Positions 9,701 through 19,333 of a DNA stretch of 47,978 nucleotides are shown here, piece by piece. The DNA comes from Armatimonadota bacterium (GTDB taxonomy: Bacteria > Armatimonadota > Hebobacteria > CAIYQO01), in the NCBI GenBank assembly GCA_038248345.1, contig JBBRXO010000008.1:1-47978 (forward strand). The letters run 5' to 3'. The first letter of the stretch is position 1. Each line of letters opens with the position of its first letter. The position numbers and the translations under genes are program-made. Under the pieces are notes generated by a model. The model saw only the letters and a list, made by a program, of their open reading frames with translations. It was not told where the DNA came from and did not search any database.

Positions 9701-10933
9701 GCCGACCTGCTACTCTGGTCGTATCAAAGCGGTGGTGCAGATGGTGGTTATTTCGGCAATATCCCACTGATGTTTAGTCAATTGAAGGCCAATGATCTGC
9801 AACCGGTAGCAGAACAGACCTTGAGCAGCCGTATTCTGGAGGGGTTTGGCACAATATTTCGGGGAAACTTCAATCAAAAAAATGAGTTCTATCTGCTCTT
9901 TAAGCTCGGACCAGGCGGATATCGTTATCAGCGTACGGAGGGGAGCATCATCATGTTCGCCGATGGCAAACCGCTCATTTATGATGGTGGTGAGGCTGGA
10001 GAAACCTGGCGGCATTCCACATTGTCCTTCCACGACACGCACATGCCGCTGGCGCCGGGACATATCGAACGCTTCCAGAGTTTCCCGGGCGTCGATTTCA
10101 CGCAAGGAGTGAACCCGAAGGCGCTCAATCCCGGTGAGCCGGTCTTCCTGAGCGATCTGTGCGATGATTATCTCGTTGACGTTGCGTATGCGCGCTTCAA
10201 CGAGCCGAATCCGGAGAATTCCCGTTCCATGCTCTGGGTGAAGGATGAGTACGTCATCATGCATGACGAGCTCGACTTCAAACGAGAGATCACCACGCAC
10301 TGGCACCTGCAAGTAGTGGCAGATAAAGAGACGGGCAATGCCGCCGACGGTTACCGTTTCGTCGGGCGCTACGGGACTGACCTGCAGGTTCTACTGCCGA
10401 ATCAAACGTTCTCCGCCGAATTGATCGAGTCCGTGCGCATGCTGGAATATAACATCCCACCGGAGAAGACCTTCACGTTGCGACACCTGCAACTGACCCG
10501 GGAAACGCCGGATCACTTCCTGGCGGTGCTGTGCCCGCTCTCGCCTGGCAAGCAAGAGCTTTCCGCGAAGGAAATTCGTCAGGATGGCCGCACGCTTGGC
10601 GTAACGGTACACGGCAAAGGCATCGACGACACCATTCTGCTTTCGCGGAAAGGCATGAAAGCCAGTGTGGACGATCTGCAATTTGCCGGACGCTACGCCA
10701 CGGTCGTCCGCCGTGCGGACCACACGGAGTACACGCTGCTGGATGGAGCCTCGCTGGTGACACCGGAGATCACTATCGAGAGCAACGGGCCTGCGGTGTT
10801 TGTATCCATCCCGAAGGCAGGCGGACACAGCGAAGTGATGCTGCGTGGACAAGGTGGAGTCAATATTACCCGCGAAGGTAAGATGACCTTCCTGCGTTGT
10901 GACAATGCTTCGACCACTGTGATACTCCCGTAA
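6758..10933 (+). CDS. Large multidomain protein: TPR-like N-terminus, carboxypeptidase-regulatory-like domain, heparinase II/III-like (polysaccharide-lyase-like) C-terminal region
   Basis: 1391 aa with AAGGAG RBS. TTVTDEHGRFRFDTVPAG beta-sandwich motif. SGKWYENPACYY, IPPIGD and GSIIMFADGKPLIYDGG are typical of the heparinase II/III architecture. Confidence 0.7.
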   Translation: MVVTPITIESIEKNLREHRHETARRHCLLALQKPATERKQLSLLLHQAYRQLGDMPSACELLEHLSPENDDERLAITLLLAEDFHLVSSYDFYRGSKYADAGLTGEEYEVMQQKRAFEYFAKAIALATTDARRRQVADVLMRCNRKAEAKLIQPTAVSVELTVVTIAPAQTGILSGILHYAAGGLATRCTITLGLAVDVTHTEPNTYLEPVMGNKVRIGKQQSITTVTDEHGRFRFDTVPAGRHEFLAVSLDPKQYAICTRFLAHNIIVTAGEEVSLKLTVDEWQSAPPREITNPFHVELLRNGVSYNLVHQEILGNPFYFNFDRQPVSFTLPAGVPANGYSFLLLSSAELDQPQPFQLTGNIMTFFTELPQCTDRVFALYQAEKGQAEQVRIPPLVLAPDADGQTATVNTGRATFRLPFGEGTDSLPPLLAVCGENDVWRGQGRFILPDGVSITGRKTEVLDCGPLVLVVRVSYTLSNGKSYAVEFTAHRDEAYLLTREICLDVPGMAFEFSLPEFSGGRGFLHWTPESGNRHWSDLTAETRELARLQESVAWWIPPQGFGYAMTPADLNSDVYIGIFTIRRGEWIDRKFASITNGPTDNYELDWPYPEMVGSTVSMITVHTTTEGDAYFRFKAFDGERRWGILASTFERNDGPFKEISAVQHKNSSPRLQIFKDWHLDMQDGHQRPSVVISRDMLREAREKMADPIMGPYWQKIVQGLIPGPVAGVRFAIEGDPLVAWRMKCELVDVAQIRAKMTLLGRDFSDMYSPVGARPITPWAEQYDLIAASGVFTPAEEQLVRSFLMLMGHMYMETDHMNWKFNGRNTNFEADRIDVVGAVALTFSSNPDSAVFIPHVSECLANTLRIYTTPGSGKWYENPACYYLSSLKCRMNLAFHLAKHGFLDPTKLPRIKDFLSWGINLATPRFPTSYELLTAGATDAEYRTATQARRIPPIGDHAHLGLWFTEFHAMMASLLRESDPAFADLLLWSYQSGGADGGYFGNIPLMFSQLKANDLQPVAEQTLSSRILEGFGTIFRGNFNQKNEFYLLFKLGPGGYRYQRTEGSIIMFADGKPLIYDGGEAGETWRHSTLSFHDTHMPLAPGHIERFQSFPGVDFTQGVNPKALNPGEPVFLSDLCDDYLVDVAYARFNEPNPENSRSMLWVKDEYVIMHDELDFKREITTHWHLQVVADKETGNAADGYRFVGRYGTDLQVLLPNQTFSAELIESVRMLEYNIPPEKTFTLRHLQLTRETPDHFLAVLCPLSPGKQELSAKEIRQDGRTLGVTVHGKGIDDTILLSRKGMKASVDDLQFAGRYATVVRRADHTEYTLLDGASLVTPEITIESNGPAVFVSIPKAGGHSEVMLRGQGGVNITREGKMTFLRCDNASTTVILP

Positions 10934-10948
10934 CGAACGTCACTAATC

Positions 10949-10987
10949 AACAATAAGGCCGTCTCTTACGAGTCGGCCTTGTTGTTT
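10949..10987 (+). terminator. Rho-independent terminator
   Basis: AACAATAAGGCCG...CGGCCTTGTTGTTT immediately after the stop codon. Confidence 0.7.
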
Positions 10988-11114
10988 ATATGTCATAATG
11001 GTTTTCTCACCAGATAGCTTTTTTATTGATGGTGGAATGATCAATAAGATGATTCGCGAGTAGGAGCACATGCAATGGGGAGTACCAGGGGTGTGACTAT
11101 TGCCAGATGGTGTT

Positions 11115-11167
11115 CGTGAATTGGCATTGAATGTTGACCCACCATCGGCGTCGAATATTGATCCACC
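11115..11167 (+). mobile_element. Degenerate IS21-family-like terminal repeat remnant
   Basis: Tandem 24-bp repeats ATTGGCATTGAATGTTGACCCACC and ATCGGCGTCGAATATTGATCCACC (19/24 identical), preceded by CGTGA. This resembles IS21-family ends. No istA/istB nearby. Confidence 0.5.
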
Positions 11168-11380
11168 TTTGGCGGTTAAATATCCTGTTATTCTCGGGAT
11201 TTAATTCTCCAACTTTCATTACCATCCTCAAATTATCCCACAGGCGTGGGAGCGGGGGAAGGTGTGGAAGGGACTGGAACCCGGAGGTGCAGTATAAGAA
11301 TTACATGGAGGTAGTGAATATCTGATAACATCATAGCTTCGAGGTGGGTATCAGAAAGACAACTTGATGTGACCTGGTGG

Positions 11381-12511
11381 CTAGCCATCGCAATCTAATT
11401 CCGCAAAAACACGTAGCAGTAGCTCTGCAGTGCGGCTCCATGGGTAGGTGGTGGCTCGGAGGGGGCCAAGTAGGTGCATTTGCGCCAGTTGTTCTGGTTT
11501 GTGCAGTAATTCGGGGATGGCGGTGGCCCAGGAATCGCCCCGTAGCGGCACTACTAAGGCGGCGTCTCCCACGATCTCTGGGAGGGAGCCGCCGTCACTT
11601 ACCACAACCGGGGTGCCCAGCGCCATGCCTTCCAACGCGGGGAGCCCGAAGCCTTCATAGAGTGAGGGCATGAGAAGCAGGTCAGCGCCGGTGATGAGGG
11701 CGGGGAGTTTCGTTTGCTCCAGGTAGCCAGGCAGGTGAATAAACTCGCGCACGGGTGACTCCGCCAGTGCCCGTTCAACATCGGTGTAGTTCCATGCCCA
11801 GTTGCCCACAATTACGAGATGGTGCGGGATACCGGCCGTGCGCCAGCTACCGAACCAGCGGATGAGGGCGGCGAAGTTCTTCTTTGGCTCGATGGCGCTC
11901 ACTGCCAGCAGATAGGGGGCAGAAAAGCCGAGGTGCTGGCGGGCGACATCCAGCTCGGCGAGGGTGGGGGCGGGCGGAATATTCACCCCCAACGGCACCA
12001 CGCGGATACGTTCAGTCGGAACCCCACAGAGGCGGGTGACATCATCTGCCGAGGTCTGGCTGGGGGTCACCACCAAGGTGGAATGCCGTGCAGAGGCGGG
12101 CAACAAAAGCCGGTAGTTGAGTGCATTACCGAGGCGGCACAGCTCCGGGTGGGAGATGGCAATGGTATCATGTACCAGCGAGACGGATTTGCCGTGCCAG
12201 CCCAGCGAGGTTAGATAACCGGGGGAGTAGAGTAGGTCTACCCCTAGCTGCTCCAGTACCCGTGGCAGAGCGAGTTGTTGCCAGAGGGAACGGCGGATTT
12301 TCTGCGCAGGAGCAATCGGAGCTCGGAATACTTTATACGGTTTTAGCACTGGCTCAAGGTAATCAGTGATGGGTTCATCACCCGATATGATGATGGTATA
12401 TTGGTGTGACGACTTTAGATTCAGCAAAGCCCGCAACTGATGCAATATGACGTGCTCAACCCCGGTGAAAGGTTGATAGACCAGCAAGGCATCAATGGCG
12501 ATGTGCATCAC
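11381..12511 (-). CDS. Glycosyltransferase family 4 (GT-B)
   Basis: Motifs PSLYEGFGLPALEGMALGTPVV and AIEPKKN. Confidence 0.92.
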   Translation of the reverse strand: MMHIAIDALLVYQPFTGVEHVILHQLRALLNLKSSHQYTIIISGDEPITDYLEPVLKPYKVFRAPIAPAQKIRRSLWQQLALPRVLEQLGVDLLYSPGYLTSLGWHGKSVSLVHDTIAISHPELCRLGNALNYRLLLPASARHSTLVVTPSQTSADDVTRLCGVPTERIRVVPLGVNIPPAPTLAELDVARQHLGFSAPYLLAVSAIEPKKNFAALIRWFGSWRTAGIPHHLVIVGNWAWNYTDVERALAESPVREFIHLPGYLEQTKLPALITGADLLLMPSLYEGFGLPALEGMALGTPVVVSDGGSLPEIVGDAALVVPLRGDSWATAIPELLHKPEQLAQMHLLGPLRATTYPWSRTAELLLRVFAELDCDG

Positions 12512-12522
12512 GCCTCCATTAT

Positions 12523-13497
12523 TTATTGTTGGGGGACTGGGACAACATCAATAGGTGGCTCTATTATTTTAGGTGGCAAGTACGGGTTATGATCCTTCTC
12601 GTACCCCACAGTAGTATCTTCATAATGGCCGGTTTTAACAATAGTATTAGCGGGCAAAGTGAAGATTTTTTCCTCCAGGGTCTTCAGCAATACTCTCAGA
12701 TCGCCGGAACCATCGCGGAAATACGTCTTTACTCCTGAGTGGGACAATAATGTATCGCCGCTGAAAAGGATAGGCTGATCTTTCTGAACGGTGTAGAGAC
12801 AGATCGCCCCCAAGCTGTGGCCAGGGGTTGCAATAACACGGAAGCTCATGTCACCAAGGGTGAGAATTTCGCCGTCGACTAGCGTACGGTCAACCTTGGT
12901 CTGGCCATCGACAAACATGTGCGTGTCTTTAGGATTGCCCTTTCGCACATCTGCCTCATGCATCAGTACCTTGGCACCGGTCTTCTTTACCAGAAATTGT
13001 GTTGCGCCAATGTGGTCGATATGCCCATGCGAGAGAACGATATATTTCAGTTTTGCCTTCTGGCGTTTCAGCTCATCCAGAATCTTTTGTGCATATACCC
13101 CCGTCGCTTTATAGCGGTCATAAACCAGCAATTGCTTAGCGGTGACGGGGTCAGTATAGATCTGTCCGTAGTAATCCATATCGTTCTTGATATCGGCTGT
13201 TTTAACCGCCCGTGTCTCTCTTGTCGCAAGATGCAGTAAGCTTTTACTATCCGGGTCATACTTCAATTCATCAGCAGTGTCGATGGCAATTGCTTCATGT
13301 TTCTTATTGACGATGAGATAGCAGTTAGTAGCATCGAAAGGATTACTGACGACGACGATACGTGTAATAGTGGCAGTTTCTGGTAAAGTAGGATTAATCA
13401 CCACTGGCGTTTGAACAGTAGCCGGTGCAGTAGTGTCAGCGGCAAATACGGATACTGCTGCCAGTATTATCAACAAAAAAAGGATATAGTTTTTCAT
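12523..13497 (-). CDS. MBL-fold metallo-hydrolase (glyoxalase II-like) with signal peptide
   Basis: SHGHIDHIG, TPGHS, FSGDTL and GH motifs. N-terminal MKNYILFLLIILAAVSVFA signal peptide. Confidence 0.85.
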   Translation of the reverse strand: MKNYILFLLIILAAVSVFAADTTAPATVQTPVVINPTLPETATITRIVVVSNPFDATNCYLIVNKKHEAIAIDTADELKYDPDSKSLLHLATRETRAVKTADIKNDMDYYGQIYTDPVTAKQLLVYDRYKATGVYAQKILDELKRQKAKLKYIVLSHGHIDHIGATQFLVKKTGAKVLMHEADVRKGNPKDTHMFVDGQTKVDRTLVDGEILTLGDMSFRVIATPGHSLGAICLYTVQKDQPILFSGDTLLSHSGVKTYFRDGSGDLRVLLKTLEEKIFTLPANTIVKTGHYEDTTVGYEKDHNPYLPPKIIEPPIDVVPVPQQ

Positions 13498-13589
13498 ACT
13501 CACTTCTCCCACGTCACATATATATTATACGCGCAAAATGGCAGTGCGTCTCATTTTTCTACAGACAGCACAATCGATGATAATCTCGT

Positions 13590-15008
13590 TTAATACCGAT
13601 AATAGTCCGGCTTAAATGGGCCATTTACAGATACGTTGATATACTCTGCTTGTTCCGCGGTTAGCGTAGTCAGTTTGGCACCCAGCTTTTCCAGGTGCAG
13701 ACGCGCGACTTCTTCATCCAGCTCTTTGGGCAACAAGTAAACTCCCACCGGTTTGGCTTCTTTCCAGAGGGCTATTTGCGCCAACACCTGGTTGGTGAAG
13801 CTGTTTGACATGACGAAACTGGGGTGCCCGGTAGCGCAACCAAGGTTGACCAGGCGTCCTTCCGCCAATAGATAGATAGCGTGACCATCTGGGAAGGTGT
13901 ATTTGTCAACTTGCGGTTTGATGTTAAGATGGGTGACGCCGGGCCAACTAGCCAACTTTTCTACTTGTATCTCGTTATCGAAGTGGCCGATATTGCAGAC
14001 TATCGCCTGATCCTTCATCCCTGCCATATGTTCGGCGGTTATGATATCACAGTTGCCCGTGGTGGTGACGAAGATATTGGCATCCGCCAGCGCATCCTCC
14101 ACGGTGGTGACTTTGTAGCCCGCCATACACGCCTGCAGTGCGCAGATGGGATCGATTTCTGTTACGATCACTTGCGCGCGTAGCCCCGAAAGCGCCTCGG
14201 CAACTCCTTTGCCTACATCGCCATAGCCACAGACAACTGCTACTTTACCAGCGATCATTACGTCAGTGGCGCGCTTGATGCCGTCTACCAGCGATTCGCG
14301 GCACCCGTAGACGTTATCGAATTTGCTCTTGGTGACCGAGTCATTCACATTATACGCGGGCAGCAGCAATTCGCCTTGTTTCTCTAATTGATAGAGGCGG
14401 TGCACGCCGGTAGTAGTCTCCTCGGAGACACCCTGGCAATCTGCTACTACGCGATGCCAGAAGGTGGAGTCTTCCACGAGCTTTACCTTGAGCACGCTGT
14501 TAATGATGGCTAGCTCTTTGTTGTCGGTCGGTTCATCCAGGATAGCGGCATTGTTTTCCGCAGCATAGCCGCGGTGAATTAGCAGGGTGGCATCGCCGCC
14601 ATCATCAACAATAAGGTTTGGGCCTTTGTTACCGGGGAAGGTCAGCGCCTGCATAGTGCACCACCAGTATTCCTCCAGTGTTTCACCTTTCCAGGCGAAG
14701 ACGGGGGTGCCGGCGGCGGCAATGGCGGCGGCGGCGTGATCCTGGGTAGAGAAGATATTACAGGAAGCCCAGCGCACGTCAGCTCCCAGGGCAGACAGGG
14801 TCTCAATGAGCACCGCGGTCTGGATGGTCATATGCAGACTGCCGGTGATGCGCGCATTTTGTAACGGAAGGGCGGGGCCATATTTATCTCGTGTGGCCAT
14901 CAAACCGGGCATCTCCTGCTCGGCTATGTCTATCTCTTTGCGTCCGAAGTCCGCAAGAGAAATGTCGCGAACCTGGTATGTATCAGTACTGTCAAACGTT
15001 GACATCAT
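13590..15008 (-). CDS. ahcY: Adenosylhomocysteinase (SAH hydrolase)
   Basis: [42 protein letters not shown] and C-terminal [10 protein letters not shown]. Confidence 0.98.
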   Translation of the reverse strand: MMSTFDSTDTYQVRDISLADFGRKEIDIAEQEMPGLMATRDKYGPALPLQNARITGSLHMTIQTAVLIETLSALGADVRWASCNIFSTQDHAAAAIAAAGTPVFAWKGETLEEYWWCTMQALTFPGNKGPNLIVDDGGDATLLIHRGYAAENNAAILDEPTDNKELAIINSVLKVKLVEDSTFWHRVVADCQGVSEETTTGVHRLYQLEKQGELLLPAYNVNDSVTKSKFDNVYGCRESLVDGIKRATDVMIAGKVAVVCGYGDVGKGVAEALSGLRAQVIVTEIDPICALQACMAGYKVTTVEDALADANIFVTTTGNCDIITAEHMAGMKDQAIVCNIGHFDNEIQVEKLASWPGVTHLNIKPQVDKYTFPDGHAIYLLAEGRLVNLGCATGHPSFVMSNSFTNQVLAQIALWKEAKPVGVYLLPKELDEEVARLHLEKLGAKLTTLTAEQAEYINVSVNGPFKPDYYRY

Positions 15009-16014
15009 AGACTCCTTCTGCCGTTATGGCGTTGGCGGTGCTGCGTATTTCTTCCCAGAGATGATCAGACAAAGCAGCGCCGAGATATTGAATAACATGA
15101 CCAGCCAGCAACGATCCGAGCGCGCCGCAGGTGGCAATGGTGCAACCTTGTAGTTGCCCGAAGAGAAAACCGGCCGCCCAAAGGTCGCCCGCCCCGGTGG
15201 TATCTTTCACGCGGGGTACATGGTTAGCGGGGATATGCAATCGTTCGCCACGTACCTGTACCCAGGCACCTTGGGCGCCAATCTTCACCACCGCCGTAGC
15301 GCATAACTCGGCAAGTGAAGTGAGACAAGCGATTGGATTAGGCGAACCACAGAATGCAGTGGCCTCATCTTCATTAGCGAAGATGATGTCCACATATTCT
15401 GGTAATATTTTATAAAGAAGATCGCGTTTAGCGTTCACGATTTCATACGCGCCCAGATCGAGACTAATGATGCAGCCAGCGGATTTCGCTGCGCGGAATA
15501 CTGCAAGAAGCAGTTCTTCATTGAAAAGCAGATAACCCTCGATGTGGGCGAGACGGCAACCGACGAAGTCGCGGGCAGTGATCTCCTCCGGCAGCAGGTA
15601 TTGCGCCGCTCCCAGATGGGTGCGCATGGTGCGTTGGGAATCGGGCGTGACCATACTTACGCAGCAGGCGGTGGGGTGGGGGGCGTCATATTTGAAGCGT
15701 GAGGTGTCACCCTGTAGATGCGCTAAACGAGCGGCATATTCCTTTCCACGTTCATCCAAGCCCAGCTTTCCAAGAAAAGAGCTGGTCATCCCCAAATGCG
15801 CCATGGCAAATGCCGTATTGGCGGCAGAGCCACCAGGCGTATAGGCGGTGGGGCGGGGCAAAAGGTGCTGTAATGCCGCCATCTCCTCATCATTAACGAG
15901 GATCATGCCGCCTTTCTCACCTCCTGCCCGTCGGATATCATCTTCGCTCACATTAACGATCAGGTCGTAAATGGGGGAGCCAACACCTATTACATCAATC
16001 TTAGGCGATATCAC
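14992..16014 (-). CDS. Adenosine kinase / PfkB-family kinase
   Basis: KGGMILV lid motif, [18 protein letters not shown] and DTTGAGD. Lies between metK and ahcY. Confidence 0.85.
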   Translation of the reverse strand: MISPKIDVIGVGSPIYDLIVNVSEDDIRRAGGEKGGMILVNDEEMAALQHLLPRPTAYTPGGSAANTAFAMAHLGMTSSFLGKLGLDERGKEYAARLAHLQGDTSRFKYDAPHPTACCVSMVTPDSQRTMRTHLGAAQYLLPEEITARDFVGCRLAHIEGYLLFNEELLLAVFRAAKSAGCIISLDLGAYEIVNAKRDLLYKILPEYVDIIFANEDEATAFCGSPNPIACLTSLAELCATAVVKIGAQGAWVQVRGERLHIPANHVPRVKDTTGAGDLWAAGFLFGQLQGCTIATCGALGSLLAGHVIQYLGAALSDHLWEEIRSTANAITAEGVYDVNV

Positions 16015-16017
16015 TGG

Positions 16018-17220
16018 TTATGCCTTTGCCGAGACAGCCAAAGCGGCGTGGATTGCATCTACCCTGTTCAGTTGTTCCCAGGGGAAATGAGCACGGCCGA
16101 AATGGCCATAAGAGGCGGTATCGCGATAGTGCCACCCATGGGGGTGCATTAGATCCAGGTCTTCGATAATCGCTGCAGGGCGGAAATCAAAGATTTTACC
16201 AGAAGCGAGGAGTTTTTCTAACTCAGTCTCGTCAATATTGCCCGTGCCAAAGGTACTAACGTTGATATTCAAAGGAATTGGCACCCCGATTGCGTAAGCC
16301 ACTTGGATTTCACATTTATCGGCTAGGCCAGCGGCTACGATATTCTTCGCGGCGTAGCGTGCGTAGTAGGCGGCTGAGCGGTCGACCTTTGATGGGTCTT
16401 TCCCGGAGAAGCACCCTCCGCCATGCCGACCGACGCCGCCATAGGTGTCGACGATAATTTTACGACCGGTCAGGCCGCTGTCTGCATAGGCACCACCGAG
16501 GATGAAGGCCCCGGTGGGATTGATGAAATATTCGGTGTCAGCACAAAGTAAGCCGGTGGGAGCGAGAACTTCTTCGGCGATAGCTTTAATGTCGTGGCAA
16601 ATCTGCTCGTGCGGCACTTCATCGGTCTGGTGCGAGATGACCACCGAGGTAATCTGCGCTGGTTTACCATCAATGTAGCGGACCGAGAGTTGGCCCTTGG
16701 AGTCTGGGCGCAGATAGGGGATGCGTCTGCCCGAGCGGCGCTCTTCTTCCAGGCGCATAAGCAATTTATGGCTGTACATCAACGGCATGGGCATGTATTC
16801 CGGTGTCTCGTTGGTGGCGTAACCGAACATCATCCCCTGGTCACCCGCTCCTTGTTCTGCGAAGAGTCCTTCGCCACTGGTTACCCCCTGGGAGATTTCT
16901 GGGGATTGACCGTGTACTCGGTTGATATATTTGAAGGAATCGCAAGTAAAAAGAAGCTCAGGGCGGTCATAGCCGATCTCGCGTACAACCTGGCGAGCAA
17001 TTGCTTCGGTATCTATTTGCTCAAACCCAGCACAGGTTATTTCTCCGGCATTCAACACTAGATCATAAGCAGCGACGGTCTCACAAGCGACACGGGAGCG
17101 AGAATCGAGCGCTAAACAAGCGTCGAGAACTGCATCGGAGATCTGATCGCAGATTTTATCTGGATGACCTGAACTGACGGATTCAGATGAAAAAACGTGG
17201 TCAACATTTAACGTGCTCAT
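16018..17220 (-). CDS. metK: S-adenosylmethionine synthase
   Basis: SESVSSGHPDK, GAGDQG, GLTGRKIIVDTYGG and SGKDPSKVDRS. Confidence 0.98.
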   Translation of the reverse strand: MSTLNVDHVFSSESVSSGHPDKICDQISDAVLDACLALDSRSRVACETVAAYDLVLNAGEITCAGFEQIDTEAIARQVVREIGYDRPELLFTCDSFKYINRVHGQSPEISQGVTSGEGLFAEQGAGDQGMMFGYATNETPEYMPMPLMYSHKLLMRLEEERRSGRRIPYLRPDSKGQLSVRYIDGKPAQITSVVISHQTDEVPHEQICHDIKAIAEEVLAPTGLLCADTEYFINPTGAFILGGAYADSGLTGRKIIVDTYGGVGRHGGGCFSGKDPSKVDRSAAYYARYAAKNIVAAGLADKCEIQVAYAIGVPIPLNINVSTFGTGNIDETELEKLLASGKIFDFRPAAIIEDLDLMHPHGWHYRDTASYGHFGRAHFPWEQLNRVDAIHAALAVSAKA

Positions 17221-17425
17221 TGATAGTTTCGTTCCTTTGGCAATAACCGTGATTAGACAGCATTGGCATCACATATTTTACGAGGAGTGAATCGATACTC
17301 GCGCCTCAATTACAACAGTAAATTTTAGCACGGTCTAATATTTTTGTCCATAAATTGCCTGCAGTGTTGGTAATATATCGGTAACAATCAGCGAGTATTC
17401 TAAACACAATTGGCGATCAGCTACC

Positions 17426-17454
17426 TTGACATTGTAGGAGGGATTGCTTAAGCT
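17426..17454 (+). promoter_or_regulatory. Putative sigma70 promoter of the atp operon
   Basis: TTGACA-17 bp-TAAGCT upstream of atpZ. Confidence 0.5.
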
Positions 17455-17491
17455 ACTCTCTGGTCTAGTTTTTATGAGAGGGTATAAGTAC

Positions 17492-17782
17492 ATGGCCGAT
17501 AATAACGGTGAATTATCTGGCATGGCTCTGGCGGGGGGCGGGTTAATTCTGGTGAGCGCTACCCTGGGAGGATATTGGCTAGGGTTAGAAGTAGACAAAG
17601 CATTGCATCTGACATCACCGCTCTGGGCAATTGTGGGCGTTATATTGGGGACAGCAATTGGTTTTTACGATTTGATACTCCTATTACGCCAGGTGACGAA
17701 GGCCTCGGTGCTCAATGCAAAAGCAAAAAAACTTGACGTGAATGGCAAAGATTGTGATAATATTCACGAGGATAAAGACTGA
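17492..17782 (+). CDS. atpZ: AtpZ/AtpI-family small membrane protein
   Basis: GYWLGLEVDK...WAIVGVILGTAIGF two-TM pattern. First gene of the atp operon. Confidence 0.8.
   Translation: MADNNGELSGMALAGGGLILVSATLGGYWLGLEVDKALHLTSPLWAIVGVILGTAIGFYDLILLLRQVTKASVLNAKAKKLDVNGKDCDNIHEDKD
17733..17769 (+). promoter_or_regulatory. Internal sigma70 promoter overlapped by a Rex-like operator
   Basis: TTGACG (17733-38)-17 bp-GATAAT (17756-61) with an A-rich upstream tract. TTGTGATAATATTCACGA (17752-69) resembles the Rex consensus TTGTGAA-N4-TTCACAA. Confidence 0.55.
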
Positions 17783-18180
17783 TGGGTGATTTGCCGGATC
17801 GTTGGGATCCCAGTCTGCCGATCTTCGTCAATGATGTTCAGCGTTTAATGGTGATTATGTGGCCAGTTGTGAGTCTGGTTGGCCTTATTTTTTTTCGCCC
17901 GCAAGCAGTCGGTATCCTGATGGGTGGCTTGATTGCGGTGATACTTTTTGTCAGTGCCGTACGAGCAGGCAAGGTATTCACTGAAAGATGTGATTATAAT
18001 TCTGTGATGTTCGGCCTTGTAGGTTCACAGCTCATAATTTGGGTGGGCATGGCGGTTTTACTGGCGTATTTTAAGGTTGATGGGCCGGGATTTGTAATTG
18101 GGGTGAGTATCCTCCCGGTGGCGATTATCATGACTTTAACTTGGTATCTAATCAAAGGAGCAAGTGGCCGAAGTGAGTAA
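17782..18180 (+). CDS. atpI: ATP synthase protein I-like membrane protein
   Basis: 132 aa with four hydrophobic segments, positioned between atpZ and atpB. Confidence 0.65.
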   Translation: MGDLPDRWDPSLPIFVNDVQRLMVIMWPVVSLVGLIFFRPQAVGILMGGLIAVILFVSAVRAGKVFTERCDYNSVMFGLVGSQLIIWVGMAVLLAYFKVDGPGFVIGVSILPVAIIMTLTWYLIKGASGRSE

Positions 18181-18961
18181 TTTGTCGGCGCACGAAAATT
18201 CGGGGATATTAATCGCACAGGCGGAGCATTCCGCCGTGCCGACAACTACCACCGAAAAAACGCACGAAGCTGCCGAGAGTAGCAGCGAAGAACCGGGACA
18301 ATGGGTCTTTTTCGGTTATGGCTTTTTGGCATTTCTTATCCTCACAATTTTAGCAATCATCGGCACGCGAAAGCTCAAACTGGTGCCCAAGGGGATTCAG
18401 AATTTCCTGGAGATGCTTTTTGAAACACTTTATGGCATCCCCGAGATGGTGATGGGCCCGCGCGGTCGTGAGTACGCTCCTTTCGTCTCTACCTATTTCC
18501 TCTTCATTGTTACCATGAACCTTATCGGGCTACTCCCCTTCGGAAGAGCTGGCACGGCTAGCCTATCTGTCACAATGGGTCTGGCTATTATTGCCTTTAT
18601 AATGGTGCAATACTACGGTTTCAAGACGCATGGGCTTCGGTACCTGGCGCACTTCGCCGGTCCGGTGCCAGCGATGGCGATATTGATTTTTCCGCTGGAG
18701 ATAATTTCGGAGTTTATTCGTCCGGTGTCGCTCTCGTTCCGTCTATTTGGCAACATGTACGGTGAAGAGAAGGTTATTGCCGCATTGGCGAACCTCTCTC
18801 CGCATGTACCCATAGTGCCATTATTTATGCTCCCGTTACAGCTACTCACATGTGTGCTACAGGGGTACGTATTCTCTTTGCTGGTCACGGTATACATTTC
18901 GCTGGCCACCGAAAAACATGAAGAAGGTCATGCGGAGACGTCAGTGTCTACCGCGCATTAA
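18164..18961 (+). CDS. atpB: F0 subunit a
   Basis: PKGIQNFLE, EIISEFIRPVSLSFRLFGNM and LQGYVFSLL. Confidence 0.97.
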   Translation: MAEVSNLSAHENSGILIAQAEHSAVPTTTTEKTHEAAESSSEEPGQWVFFGYGFLAFLILTILAIIGTRKLKLVPKGIQNFLEMLFETLYGIPEMVMGPRGREYAPFVSTYFLFIVTMNLIGLLPFGRAGTASLSVTMGLAIIAFIMVQYYGFKTHGLRYLAHFAGPVPAMAILIFPLEIISEFIRPVSLSFRLFGNMYGEEKVIAALANLSPHVPIVPLFMLPLQLLTCVLQGYVFSLLVTVYISLATEKHEEGHAETSVSTAH

Positions 18962-19282
<321 letters not shown>

Positions 19283-19333
19283 CCTCTTATCCCGGATTAT
19301 TTTGGGTTTTTCGACCCGGGAATGGAGTGTACT

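Noticed and set aside
17221..17425. SAM or SAH riboswitch upstream of metK
   Set aside because: No recognisable SAM-I, SAM-II or SAH consensus elements by eye. An Rfam scan would be needed to exclude one.
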